From assembly GCF_023055435.1 (NCBI RefSeq), contig NW_025963891.1, positions 3,100,001 through 3,164,000 on the forward strand: a stretch of DNA of 64,000 bases, given 5' to 3'. The stretch is from Haliotis rufescens. Lineage: Eukaryota. The translations under genes were made by a program, and so were the position numbers. The notes under the pieces are model-generated. The model worked only from the letters and a program-made list of their open reading frames with translations, was not told the DNA's origin and made no database searches. Of the stretch, positions 1 through 13,400 are shown piece after piece (position 1 is the first letter of the stretch; every line of letters starts with the position of its first letter).

Positions 1-589
1 TGTACGCGTGGAAAATAGTACATGCGACCAGTGTACAGTCGTGATGCTATGACAATAAGTTGAGTACACTTCAAATCAGGATTTGCGCGAATCTCCGATT
101 CACCCTGATTAGGATCCTTGGTCCTCAGTGCTCGCATTTTTCACCAAAGTTGCAAAAGTCTACACCATCTGCATTACCGCAGTGTACCTGTCGCATTACA
201 CCGACACTCCGCCATATAACCCAACTCAATCACTACATCAGTTTTGCTTACATTGTATGTATACATTGTATTTCATGCATGTACATTGCAAGCGTGGGGA
301 TACTGTATGGACGAAAAAGGTTATCATTTAATTCATGTTAGACCTAAGAATGTAATGTACATGTATACACGTGTGATATTTTTCGTAGAAGTGGTTGGCA
401 CTAGACGTGTATTTATCAGTGTTACAAGTCGTCAACATTACTGCGTGTGCCTACATAGTGGTTAGGAACATAGGCCACGTGGGTTCAAGCCTTGTGATGG
501 CAGAACCTTTTCTGAACCAGCATTATTATACGTCCGTTCATCAGCACTATAGGTATGATCTCTGAACAAATACGCATATACCAAGGCAA

Positions 590-748
590 GTATTGCGATA
601 TCGGAACAGCTACACGCATTACATGGTATGCGATTTCGGAAGAGCTACATGCATTACATGGTATGCGATTTCGGAACAGCTACACGCATTACATTGTATG
701 CGATTTCGGAAGAGCTACATGCATTTCATGGTATGCAATTTCGGTAAC
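590..748. repeat. Minisatellite, 35-bp unit, about 4.5 copies
   Basis: gcgatttcggaacagctacacgcattacatggtat repeated. Confidence 0.9.
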
Positions 749-1102
749 GTATAAGGAAATGAAATTAGAATAACAAGTAAAGTGGTTATGGAACGGTGAG
801 ATGTCAGTTACCAACAAACAACTGTGTGTATTACAGATACAGTGATTGAGGAACGGCGCGATGCAACTCAAGAGATGAAGGAAAGAAGTCAGCTGGTTAA
901 GCAATTGTAATCATTAGGCTCTGTGATTGCTTGCTGGTACTGTGTTCGCCGCCAACGGCATCATTCTTTATGACGCTAAGTCTTGTGCTAAGATAATCAT
1001 TTTAGAAAAGACAATAAGAAAATTCAAAACGTCCACTCCAGAGAATAATCAGTATCGATTATCTGCCGAACAGCTTCAGTAAGCCGTAAAAAGGATTTAA
1101 CG

Positions 1103-1162
1103 TGATGACACCGGGTGTTCGCGAAATGGGGAAGCATTACCTGCTCTTCCGGAGGCAACAGC
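1103..1162 (-). mobile_element. Penelope-like element terminal (pLTR-like) core fragment
   Basis: tgatgacaccgggtgttcgcgaaatggggaagcattacctgctc; the same motif occurs at 4075, 22700 and 51012, with a partial copy at about 54355 next to PLE RT ends. Confidence 0.55.
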
Positions 1163-1179
1163 AGATATCATCTGAGTGT

Positions 1180-1600
1180 AGTCCAGAGAAGGAATTACAT
1201 GCATGGAACAATCCAGACCAGGAGAGTACATTACTTTGCTGTGGCACAGTCGTGATGTTTATATTGTTTCATGTCGATGATACTATATGGGATTGCTACT
1301 GCTGCTATTTATCAACTTTCGATGTGAACAACTACCTATGCCATACTATGGCGCCCTATGTATCAGATCGGCAACAGATTGAATTGGTGTCATCATCAGG
1401 AACAGAGTGAAGCTGCTACCGACAGAGAACTGATTCCATATACCAGATTCATTCACTCACTTCATCATTCAATTTGACATCATCTAATCCTATGTCACGG
1501 ACGTAACTCCTCACCTATCGCTGAGACTTGAAGAATGCCTTATCTCTGCACTACAAACGGATGCTACATGGATGCACTGACTTACTCCTATAATTATGGA
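1180..1600 (+). mobile_element. Highly decayed L2/CR1-type LINE reverse transcriptase fragment
   Basis: Remnant motifs in the right order: ESTLL (cf. STETAL), LSTFDV (cf. LSAAFDTV), YVSDRQQ (cf. YLSDRKQ). Confidence 0.45.
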
Positions 1601-3092
1601 ACCGTGATTTCATTTCACCCTGTTGGTTGCACATCACATCACTGAAGATGGGTGCGCATCACTGTATATCACCAAAGGTGGTTGCACATTATCAAGATGT
1701 TGCACATGACACAAACGTATTGTACATCTTTCTGATCGTTGCAGCTCACAAATACCACTCCAATGGCATGGCGTAAACCTAACTTGCAACCAGTCTCTTT
1801 TTAGCAGATGTTTTGATGTGAATGTCTGAAACACCTAGTCATAAACAAGTTACGTTTTATGATATTTGGACTTGAATTACGTCGTGCTTCAGAGTTCTTT
1901 CTTTTTAAATCAAATCAATACATTCATTTCCTACCATGTGGACTGGCATGTTTGGTAAAAGTGTGTTCAAGTCCAGCCTGGTATTCCTGGTCATGAAGCA
2001 TAAGCCATTTTTGACAAAATATGTTTGGATGATACAATTAAGTTTCCGAAGATGTGTCTTACGGTTTGGTATGCCATCATAAATACACTTGATGTGTCTT
2101 TTGACATTTCATACATATTCTAAGAATGTCTAGGAACACAAAATCTGTGTAATATAAAATACCCCAAGTGGAATTACATAGTGTATGAAGTAAAATGAAA
2201 TATTGTACTTCTTGACATTCAACAACATAATGGAACACATTGAAAATAAGTCTCAATAAATTCGAGAAAGGAATACATGAACTTCTTAATGAAATATTTT
2301 CCTAAATATATTTATAAATATACTAATTTTGAATGTTCGTCTTCATTGCATTTTATGATTCGTAAAGTGTATTAGTGATTTGTTTTTATGTATATAGACA
2401 TATCTTTCAATAAAAGTGTTGATCACGTTGAACTTGCATGTTCAGTATTAGTTTGACAAAGCAGTATATTAGGGTGTTTGCCTGGTCAGTCTTTGCTTTT
2501 TACGTTTTACAAATGTTGTCAAAACCTGAACTCATGAGCGCATATGCAAATAAACCCACAAAACCCTTTCAATATTCATTGCACGATCCCAACTATGTCA
2601 TGAGCAAAACGACTGACTGTTCAGATATTCAGTCTGCAATAGTTCCAATATTTATTTGGTACATACATTCAGCCTAAACATATGTACCTCAATGATTCAA
2701 CTATCACTTCATTAAAAAATAAAGGTTAAAAAACCCAATCAATATGGCTACATGCTTTTGCATATTCTGTGCATGCGTCATTCCTCTCCTCAATGCCCCT
2801 AGGGAGTCTAAACCTCTTAACTCTTAACACTATGATTGCAATCTGAGACGTCAGCTCTGGTTTACTGGCGTCGAAGGCACAGGGTAATTTGTATAATTTT
2901 TCTCCCATTAGGAAAATACAGTTTAGTCAGGTAATCTAGATTGTGTCTGACTTGCGCCCTGCGTATCCATGCACCAAATCCCGGTTATAAGTTCATGGGC
3001 GTTTGCCATACATTGGCACTTGCACTGCCCTGCTCTCTTTGACTTTCACCCAGGGACGTCCTGCTGCGCCTTGTCGAACTGGATTTGGCTTT

Positions 3093-3245
3093 AATTGAAA
3101 GATAAACATTATCTGTTTTCAGATTGGCAGGTGTTGTTGAGTATTCCATTTGGAACTGCGGCGTTAGCTGGAGGTTTCAAATTTTAAAATTGAGCAAATC
3201 ATTAGCATTAGCAAATCTGAAAACAGTTCATGTTTATCGGCAGTT
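3093..3245. repeat. Short fold-back element (about 35-bp imperfect inverted arms)
   Basis: gataaacattatctgttttcagattggc versus gcaaatctgaaaacagttcatgtttatc. Confidence 0.7.
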
Positions 3246-4074
3246 GAAATACAAACATTATGAGTAATGTTTCCTCGTATACGTTGTTTCTTCGTGAACA
3301 CTCACAGCGGTGGGCCATACATGGAAGACATGACGCCACTATACCTTAGATGAAGTCATATAATTCCATAGCAGAACCCGCTAAATAGAAGTTGTACTGA
3401 ATAGCACGTTTTTTTTCAAGACACTGTTTCAAGAAGACTATTCATACCTTGTGCAAACTTCGAAACATTTCCTAGATCTAATTCCCTTCATGGACGAGCT
3501 GCCATCAGATTACAGCACACACTCGTCATTGTATGACTTTCTCTGGTTGTTCCGTTCAATCAGCTACATTGTTTTCACAGTTAAGAACAAGCTCAACTGA
3601 AAGTCAGTCAACACTCTGTCTGCCACTGACGTATGTTCAGTAGTTATATGCCCGCACTTGATCACGTTATATCTTCCACGTTTTTCACCCTTCACTTTTA
3701 ATAACATAAACAAGCAGATAAAAAGTCGGATTGATAAAAATATGAAATAAATAAGAAACCGATTAAATAATATAAGCATGCCTCTTTTTGTGTCTAAACC
3801 GTAATGCTCTTAAATACACTTCTGGTTTTCAATATTATTGTTTGTTAATCAATATTTTGCTATGCTGTTTTTGTTTCCATATGAAATAGATAAGTTGGTT
3901 AAACTATATTCGGAGCCAGGGATAGCAGTTAGCGGAACGTATACATGCGCCAATGTACTTTATTGAAAACGTAAACGCCACAGAATAGTCTTGCATATCT
4001 CCCGAAATAAATTTCATAGGACGTAAAAGGCAAAGAAGTGATAAACATTTTATGAATGAAGCACTGAAACAGAA

Positions 4075-4300
4075 TGATGACACCAGGTGTTCTCGAAAAG
4101 TGTAAGCATACCTTGCTCTATCCGTAGCACCGCCATTCTCACAATGTTCATTATTAAAGTAACTGGCGGCGAGCAGTTGGTGTGAAAACTCTATGTAAAG
4201 GTCATAAAGGTTTTGGATAGCATCGCGCATCAATTTTACGAATGACGTATACTATTTAGTAACACCCTCTGAATATCTACCATTGCATGTCTGAAATCAC
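4075..4300 (-). mobile_element. Penelope-like element 3' end (RT C-terminus plus terminal core)
   Basis: Minus strand reads NGRYSEGVTK*YTSFVKLMRDAI (cf. FYGRY...KY...M.D), followed by gagcaaggtatgcttacacttttcgagaacacctggtgtcatca. Confidence 0.6.
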
Positions 4301-5472
4301 TTAACAAGGTCTTCGATGGTTCATCAAACCCAAAGCCACAGCCCCAGGCACTGTCAAACCTCTGTTCAATTATTACTCATTAATAATTACTGTGCCATTC
4401 TATGTCTCAGCATCGGAAAATTAGCAAGCTCCATCCTTCAATTCGTGCACTGCCCCCGGCACCTGGACAGCTTCAGCAACTTTAGGATGTCATCGTCTCC
4501 AAACCTGACTGAGTGAGATGTAGGCTAACCCAGCGCTAATACAGTCACAATTCCCATTTAACATACAAGATTTACGATAGTCGGAGATCGCTTTGTTGAA
4601 TGATGATCACATAACATTTTCCACGCCCGTCCCCAGACAGGAATTGTTCATATCTTCGTACTGGAATCTAAGACATAAAGACTGATAAAAGACCATTAAG
4701 GGGCATGTGTGGGGAAAAGTGGACAATTGACCCTCTGCTCTCCTCGTTGCCTGAATTCTGCATAGATTGGCAGGATCGTTTGGCTCACGCTTTAACAGAT
4801 ATATGGGTTTCATATTTACATGTTTCCTCCATCATTCCATACCTTTTCTAACAAAAGTAACAACGAAAACTGCAATTTACTGAGATGTGTTTAATGACGC
4901 CTACACCTTTTACAGATTCCCTCTCAGTGATGGTTGTAAGATACTCATTTGAATAGGGCATATTTAGCCTCAGTGATGATCTATGCGAGAACATTCTTAG
5001 AGAATGTATGATCTCTGAATCTATAGAATGAATCTGTGGTGTTTGCCGCAGAAGTACAGTACCTTCGCTGGTATTCTCCCTCTCAACGTGTGACCAGAAT
5101 CGCGAATATGGTGATATTCTACCTCAGTGAAACAAATCAAATTAAAACAACAACGTTTAATATATTACACCTTAACGTCAATGGATGAAGCATGCCTTTA
5201 AATCAATCTTTGTTGAACTACACCCAAGGCAATTTTACAAGCCATAATTGTTTTTGCATAATTCCCAAAGTCCCCTCGTTTAACGGCACTAGCCCATCAT
5301 AAGCTGTACAATCCTTTCATCATATCCACCTTGGTGTCTGAATGCGAAAACCACAAAGAAAGAACACCCACAAAGACAATGTACTGTAATATTCATGTCA
5401 GTTTGTCCACTGTTCACAGTCTATGCTGACCATGCTGAGGTTAAGGGATGAATAATGAATAATACGTATTAC

Positions 5473-5802
5473 CTTGACGAGATTATATTGCTATAACGGG
5501 ATTGCTTTATCTGCTTGATTATACGAATAATCTGTCTTATATACCCCTGTGCTGCACTGATGGTGTCCAAGAGCACGGCTTGCCCTCGGTTGTAAGCTCA
5601 GTCGAACGATAGAAGAAAAAAACTCAGTGGGGAAGTTTAAGACGACAGCAGCAGCAGCTAGGTTTATTGTTGGAGGTTGAAGAAGGTAGAAATGGTAAAA
5701 GTAATGGTGATCACATGACAGAATAATCAGGCCCCAGGGGCCCACTGTTCCCGGCGCGGAGACTAGCTCTGTCACTTATACACAAACAGGAAGTCGGGCG
5801 GT
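5473..5802 (-). promoter_or_regulatory. Candidate promoter and non-coding first exon of a divergent minus-strand gene
   Basis: On the minus strand: GC box CCGCCC, ETS ACTTCCTG, TATAAG (5780-5775), Inr-like CAGT about 33 nt downstream, then donor AAG|gtaata at 5472. Confidence 0.4.
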
Positions 5803-6199
5803 GATTCTTCATCGCCGCATATTCTGTCCGCTTCTGTGGGTAATCCTGGCAAGTCTCTTTATTTGATCATGTCGGTCAGGTTTTGTAGGAAGAGTTATTA
5901 CATAACGCGGTGCCAGGTCAGTGATCAGGTTCTATCCCACACGAGCCATTTGCCACACTCTACTATTTTGCAAGTTGTCACACAGGGATAAGGTCATCAA
6001 TTAAGAGAACACCTACTGTTAGAATGGGACAGTCCAACTTACTTAAAAATGTCTGGTCTGAAGGAGATAACATGCCGAGCGAGCTTAAGTCACAGATTTG
6101 ATAACTAATTCATATTGGAAAACACACTGTAAAGTAAACTGAAACCAAAATAAAAATATCTTTAAAAATAGCGTTCTCCACACAAGGTCAGTTGCACCT

Positions 6200-6655
6200 A
6201 CTTCAGACAGATCCCTGAGTGCAGGTCTGGCACTACTTCCCCTGGACCAGATCCAAGCATGGACCTACTCTTGCCCTGATGCTCAACGTGCCGAGGCCTC
6301 AACGACTCGGGTCGACAGTGAAGCCAAGTTTCCACTTCATTTATGGAACCATCACCTGACAAATGGCCGACGCACAAACAACAACCTTGAAAGATTTCAC
6401 ACCAGACTGAATCCCACCGTCTACACACTCGTGAGGGCCATAAAGAAGATCGAGGCCCAGGACAAGGCGAAACTGGCAAAGCTCGACTCGCATCGGACCT
6501 TAAAGACGCCATGCTCATAATATAGTCGGTATCGTACTCTCGACTGTTGGATTTCTATTGGATATGGAAGGGTTTTGCCGCTTTATTTTAAGACCAGCTC
6601 CAACGGGGAAGAAAGCCATTGGTCACCTACTCAAACGTGCTCGAGCCGCAATAAT
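6200..6655 (+). mobile_element. Mutator-like (MULE) transposase remnant
   Basis: Frame reads GLALLPLDQIQAW...FPLHLWNHHLTNGRRTNNNLERFHTRLNPTVYTLV, matching the MULE C-terminal catalytic region (LA.LP, FP..WN, RTNN..E..H..LN). Confidence 0.8.
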
Positions 6656-9334
6656 GTGTAATGTCATTGTATATTAATCATAAAGATAATGTAACGTAAT
6701 ATAGTGCTGAATAGAGGTGAATTAGTAAACATAAAAATGCTCTTAACAATCTGGTTTTGTGTTGTACCTGCATCATTCTATTCTATCAGTCAGGAAGAAG
6801 AAAAAAGAAGAAAATATTTAATTAAGGTGTCTCATGATATACATACATAAGGACAAACAGTTAAAAACAGTTATTGTATATCATCCGGCCGATATGGCCT
6901 ATGGGACACCAAATATCTCATAAGTACAAATAAAAGCACATAGTGTGCTAAAAACACAAATGTTACAAAAAAATACATTTAAAATAAGCGATGTAAAACG
7001 TGTAAGAGGCACGGGCGCGCGACATGTATCCCGCATTAAGTAAATGATTGGATAGATATAGGTAAATAAAATAGATGGATAGATACAACTACATGTGCAA
7101 CAGTCATAGCAATGCGAGACAGACGGTGTAGGGTAAGAGGAAGGGAGTAGCCGTGCAGTCAACCAAGCTTGTCCTATGTTGTGTACAAAGGGTACCGTAA
7201 GATTCGGCGGCGTGAGGGGCTGTCCATCGGGGAGCTTATGATTAGATGGGATATCCACCATATTGAAAAGACAAACGAAATAGAATTTTAGTGCACTTTG
7301 GCAAGATTGAAAAAAATAGATATTTTGCATAAATAAAGTTTTAAAGAAAACCCATTGAACTTCTTGCAACTCTGATAGTACTACTCAGTGTTTGAATGGC
7401 TTGAATGGAAGATCCACGGCCAAGGTAGATTTTACGTGTGAATCTAACAGTTGATGAAACATACATTGGGTTGTTTAAGATTCAAATGCTTCGGCTTTGT
7501 ATACGCGATCGCTTTCCAATCTTATGTCAGCAAAACGTCACATCAGAGTTAAATATTTGACGATCACCATATTTTAAAGATTATCAGGACTCTGAACCGA
7601 ACGATGCGTTACATGCGACACGGATGTTAGGGATTAACACGAGCTCAGCCTTTGCTCTCGCGGAAAACCAGCTTGAGAAATTCAGCGACACTTGTTACTC
7701 ATACGGTCTCAAGCTACCGTCCGTTTGTAAGTTTATAAATTGGTGTTTGCATGATATTTTGAAATTATTAGGGATGCTTTACAATCCTGTTACAGTATAT
7801 TCAAGTGGTAAGGTTTACTTATTAATCTCAATGAAAGGATTTTATTTGACAGTTTAACACAGTTGCCACGATTCCATTGCATATATATAGAATTCTACAT
7901 TCATTTCGCTACCATAGAACGTCCACTCGTTTCGTAAAAAATGGTATCTAACGGAATGAGCGTGGTATTTTATTTAATACCCACGTTAAATATATATTTA
8001 AGTGTAAATACATAACAACTGTTGATCGTTGACAGACCAAACTGAAACCGGTTGCAAAATCTGGATGAGCATGATTATTGATATATGCCCAAATATGGGC
8101 ATTGTTGACATTTCTTTGCATACGCATTGACAACATGCGCCTGCAGTTGTGTTTGCAAACATAACAGCACCGACGCTCAAGATCCTTTTGGAAGAATTTC
8201 TTCAACTTTTGGTTATTCAAACGCCTTGTTGTTAGTATGCAGGACACCTATAGGAAAATTTGAAAAGTCACAATAGCGCCGCGCTTTGAATATCGGACCA
8301 CCAGTCGGTCAGTCACATTGCCGGAGTTCCGGCTGTGCAATCAAAATGGTTCGGTTTTCGTGATCTATCATCCGAATTTATACCCTGTCCGTACCATTTT
8401 GGAAAAGGGAAATCATATCGTCGACAAAGACAATCGTGATAACTGAACGACCCGATACTGAAGACGTTAAACTCAACAAACTCAAGTTTGCTTGCATGTC
8501 AGTGACAGCTTCGAACGAAGGGCAAGGTCACCATCGGAATAAGAAAAGACAACCGTGATCTATTCACAGCGTTTTACGCCAGGGAATGTTATTGTTCACA
8601 TTTGGGATGTTCTGGCCACAAAATAAAAAATCAGGCACTATTCACGGAGTTTTTAAATGATTTGCATCGGAACTGTTCACTTTGAGTGATCTGGTCGTGC
8701 AGTCGTGTATGTTCATTCATGAACAAACACCTCCCGAAACATTGTCTCAAAATACGCTTTGATGGCACAACCGGATCATCCAAAGTAAGTCTAGATATCT
8801 GTCCAGATAGTTTAAACTGACTTCATTTCACCACGCTTATCCTTTTACGTTAAATCAAATTGAAAGTTGCGAAAGTGGTCGGGTGCCTCACGCTCATGGG
8901 GACCCTCGATCTATTGATCGGTAGTCCTATATTGTAAATCGATATAGCTCGATAATATAATTCTGTAGAAGCTATATACAAAACTTATATAGAATGAAAA
9001 CCAAATTTGATGCGTGTGGCTTTCTTGTTTGGTTTAATAAAGTGTTTGTAAATATCTCTCGCTGTCTTGGGATTGCTTTAGTTGTGCCTTGTTGTTGCAA
9101 AATGAAAGACGTTTAGCGATTTTTTTATGAATGAAACAAAGTAGTCCCGGTGTGACAGAGGTCACGGTTATCCAATCAAAACGAATGAAACAACGTTAAC
9201 CTTGTACAACACACGTGTGACGTACGGATTTAGTATCTTACCACCTGTATCTTCACCACGTGGTTAAGAATATAAGATAAATTGCAAAGAGGCTTTTGAT
9301 TGGGTAACCAAGCAATCATTTGAGGCCACGTACA

Positions 9335-9428
9335 TCATATGACGTCATAGTGTTCATATGACGCCATAGTGTTTCCTATGACGTCTTCATGTTTCCTTTG
9401 ACGTCATAGTGTTTGCTATGACGTCATC
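9335..9428. repeat. 20-bp tandem repeat carrying TGACGTCA motifs
   Basis: TGACGTCA at 9340, 9399 and 9419; variants at 9359 and 9379. Confidence 0.8.
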
Positions 9429-9995
9429 CAAACCCCGGGGCAAAGAATAATTTAGCGTCATGAGCTTTCACTTGGTGGATGGATTCTGACGCATAGTAAA
9501 CGGATGATGATGATTATTATTATTAATCAAATGGCACATACCATCGTGTGTAGACCTTGGACTATAGACATGCTTCTGAACAGTCAGTTGCGAAAGCGTC
9601 AGTTTGCATATAGCCCGCAGCCCACTGAGTACAATGAGGTTACACTCATCCTTGTCTGGATGTTCGGGTGATATGACGTCTCCTGGCGCAAACAGACAGT
9701 TTATCGTGCTACTATGAGCCAGAAGGCAATTAACACAATCAAGATCATGTTCATGTAACATGGTGATCATCTCTAAGCATAAAACGTCGTAACGGGGTGA
9801 TGTATAAACATTGTCATTTCAGAACTAGGAATAGCTGCAGCTGACGTTGTTACTGATTTTTGGTCGTTATGCGACTAATATATATATCCGTTTTTGGTTA
9901 TATGCATGCTTTGAATGTTTTTTTGTAATAACGACCACGTCGTGGAATACACAGCTTTGATTTAGCCACTACAATTTGAAAACAAAGAAATATTT

Positions 9996-10142
9996 GATTG
10001 GTTGTTGTTAAACGCAACACTCATCAATATTCCAGCTATATGACAGAGGGCTGAAAATAATCGGGACTGGACTAGACAACCCAGTGATAGACATCACGAG
10101 TATCGATCTACGCAATTTGGTTACGAAATCAAAGAACCAACC
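9996..10142 (-). mobile_element. Partial SINE-like element, family C
   Basis: Similar to 21475-21620 (caatattccagctat...atcgatctacgcaat). Confidence 0.75.
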
Positions 10143-10525
10143 GAAATTTATTCGCCTGTTTTATCTTCCAAATATTTGTTCTTGGAAAGCGGTCTACCCT
10201 TCACATTTCACAAACATTCAGCTAGTGGGTGACTTTAGTTTTACGCCGCTTTTAACAATTTTCTAGCAATATCACAACTTGTTACTACCTACTCCACCAC
10301 CCTCAGGTGTTTCTTTTATATTGACCTTTAATGTCGCCAATAAAGAGTATAACATAACGGGGTAAACGTTTGTCTGGTACAGCCTTCAGTATTAGATTCA
10401 TTTTTTTGTTTAAATTAAAATTGGAAACAGAAGGACCTAGGCTACTCTCTTCACTTCACTCCCACATTGACCATCATTGGGAGCAAGCCATACTGGAACT
10501 GGAGTCACTAGTTTTACCAGTGCAA

Positions 10526-11049
10526 GCATGTTCCCCAGGCAAGATAGTTAACTGACTATAGCCGAACTACGCTGCAAGAATGGAGTTACATTTTGGCTGG
10601 ACTAGCGAGTCTATGCATAGTCCAATCAACATGGCGTAACGAAACACAGGTTCAGAAACCGCATGGCGACTGCCCTGCAGATTTCGGTCGATTGTAGGAA
10701 TTGCAGAGCATGTGTACCGTCAACTGGGCGTCGACAGATATTTTCCAAATCTGTTTTTAATCAAGTGCTCAAGTGATTTGATTCACTTCGCGAGGTAAGA
10801 CCCTTTCTATTACAATAAATAGGTTGATTTTAGATCAGATCGTCTTGACTGGACGCCGCCATTTTGTTTGAAGCAAATGCATATACTATGAGAGGTGGAA
10901 TCTGATTGGTCAAGAGTGACATAGACGGGGCATAACTCGTAATAACCACTGGTGTCGCTACGATCGAGGCACACAATTCCAGCGTAGTTCGGTAAGCGTG
11001 GAAACTTAGACTTTTACAGTCAGTTAACTCCCTTGCCTCGGGAAGATGC
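10526..11049 (+). mobile_element. Non-autonomous DNA transposon (MITE, about 520 bp), copy 1
   Basis: TIRs gcatgttccccaggcaagatagttaactgact / agtcagttaactcccttgcctcgggaagatgc; interior homologous to 39538-40090 and 61217-61590. Confidence 0.85.
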
Positions 11050-11744
11050 AGTAAACGTGCAGAACCCAGCCCGGAGGCTGTTGTGTCCTTTACACAATAT
11101 CAAATTGTATTCCTGATATCTATTAACCAAAGAAATGTTGTTTTCTTAAAATCGGCCGTCAAAGTGTCCGAACGGTATGCGGTTAACATTGAAATCACTG
11201 TAGCTACTCCGTTGTTGTAGGTAACGGTTATGCATCTTCGGACACTACATTCACATCGATCAGATCGCACGTATACACAGAGGATGAAAGTCAGTTTGTT
11301 CATATTTTACAGTGATGCGTGTACATGCAGGCTGTTTATTTTGCTCTTCAAACAGGTTAACTTGAAAAAGATGTCAATACGAAAACTAACAGGACATTAA
11401 CTTTTTTATTTATGCATGGAATATACAAGAAGCTAATTGAAACGGTATTTACGATTTCAGTTAACAAATTTGGGAGGTTTTTAATTTCAAGTTATTCTAA
11501 AATTCAATTTTCCAACTTGCGGTGAAGAAGTACCCTTTGTCCTAAATTAGTAATGGCTATCACAATATAATGATAATACAAAGTTGATATTGACCTGGTA
11601 TATCATTGTCGGTTCGTGCGCTAGGTTTAATTGTGGTGAGGTTGAAACTTAATGTGCTTCCATATTCATTTGCATAACATTTCCTGACTGAATGTTAACG
11701 TTTATTTGTGAGAATCATTGGTTGTTGGACTTATTAACGAGGCG

Positions 11745-13400
11745 AATTGGAGGTTACAGGTCTCGTTGTGCGGATATGGTCTTAACGTGATGGAGTGAAA
11801 GCTATTGACGTCTTATTGTGGGGATATGGTGTTAACGCGATGGCGTGAGGGTTACTGACGTTTCATTGTGCGGATATGCTATTGACATGATGGACTGAAG
11901 GTTATTGATGTCTCATTTTGGGGATATGGTGTAAACGTGATGGAGTGAAGGTTATTGCCGTTTTATTGTGGGGATATAGTGTTAACGTGAAGGTTATTAA
12001 TGTCTCATTGTGGGAATATGGTGTGAACGTGATGGCGGGAAGGTTACTTATGTCTCATTGTGGGGATATGGTGTTAACGTGTAGCGTGAAGGTGATTGAC
12101 GTCTCATTGTGGGGATATGGTGTTAACGTGTAGCGTGAAGGTGATTGACGTCTCATTGTGGGGATATGGTGTTTAAGTGTAGCGTGGAGGTTATTGACGT
12201 ATCATTATGGGGATGTGGTGTTAACGTGGTGGCGGGAAGGTTAATAATGTCTCATTGTGCGGATATGGTTTTGACGTGTAGCGCGAATGTTATTGACGTA
12301 TCATTGTGGCAATATGGTGTTAACGTGATGGAGGGGAGGTTAATAACGTCTCATTGATGGGATAAGGCGTTTACGTGTAGCGTGGAGGTTATTGACTATC
12401 ATTATGGGGATGTGGTGTTAACGTGATGGCGGGAAGGTTAATAATGTCTCATTGTGCGGATATGGTGTTAACGTGATGGCGGGAAGGTTACTAATGTCTC
12501 ATGGTGGGGATATGGTGTTAACGTGTAGCGTAAAGGTGATTGATGTCGCATTGTGGGCATATGATGTAAAAGTGTGGGAGTGAAGGTTATTGACGTCTCA
12601 TTGTGGGATTATGGTGTTAACGTGATGGCGGGAAGGTTAATAACGTCTCATTGTGGGGATATTAAGTTAACGTGTAGCGTGAAGGTGATTGGCGTATCAT
12701 TGTGGGAATATGGTGTTAACGTGATGGCGGGAAGGTTAATAACGTCTCATTGATGGGATACGGTGTTAACGTGTAGCGTGGAGGTTATTGACGTATCATT
12801 GTGGGGATGTGGTGTTAACGTGATGGCGGGAAGGTCAATAATGTCTCATTATGCGGATATGGTGTTAACTTGTAGCGTGAATGTTATTGACGTGTCATTG
12901 TTGGAATATGGTGTTAACGTGATGGCGGGAAGGTCAATAATGTCTCATTATGCGGATATGGTGTTAACGTGTATCGTGAAGTTTATTGACGTATCATATT
13001 GGGGATGTGGTGTTAGTGTGAAGGCGGGAAGGTTAATAACGTCTCATTGTGGGGATATTGTGTTAACGTGTAGCGTGAAGGTGATTGACATATCATTTTG
13101 GGAATATGGTGTTAACGTGATGGCGGGAAGGTTGATAACGTCTCATTGTGGGGTTATGGTGTTAACGTGTAGCGTGAAGGTTATTGATCTATCATTGTGG
13201 GGATGTAGTGTTAACGTGATGGCGGGAAGGTTACTAATGTCTCATTGTAGGGATATGGTGTTAACATGTAGCGTAAAGGTGATTGATGTCGTATTGTGGG
13301 CATATAATGTGAACGTGTTGGAGTGAAGGTTATTGACGTCTCATTGTGGGGATATGGTGTTAACGTGATGGCATGAAGGTTATTGACGTCTCATTATGGT
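11745..13400. repeat. Minisatellite, 49/50-bp units forming a 99-bp higher-order dimer
   Basis: aaggttattgacgtctcattgtggggatatggtgttaacgtg followed alternately by atggcggg or tagcgtg; 33-aa periodicity in the artefactual ORF. Confidence 0.95.
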
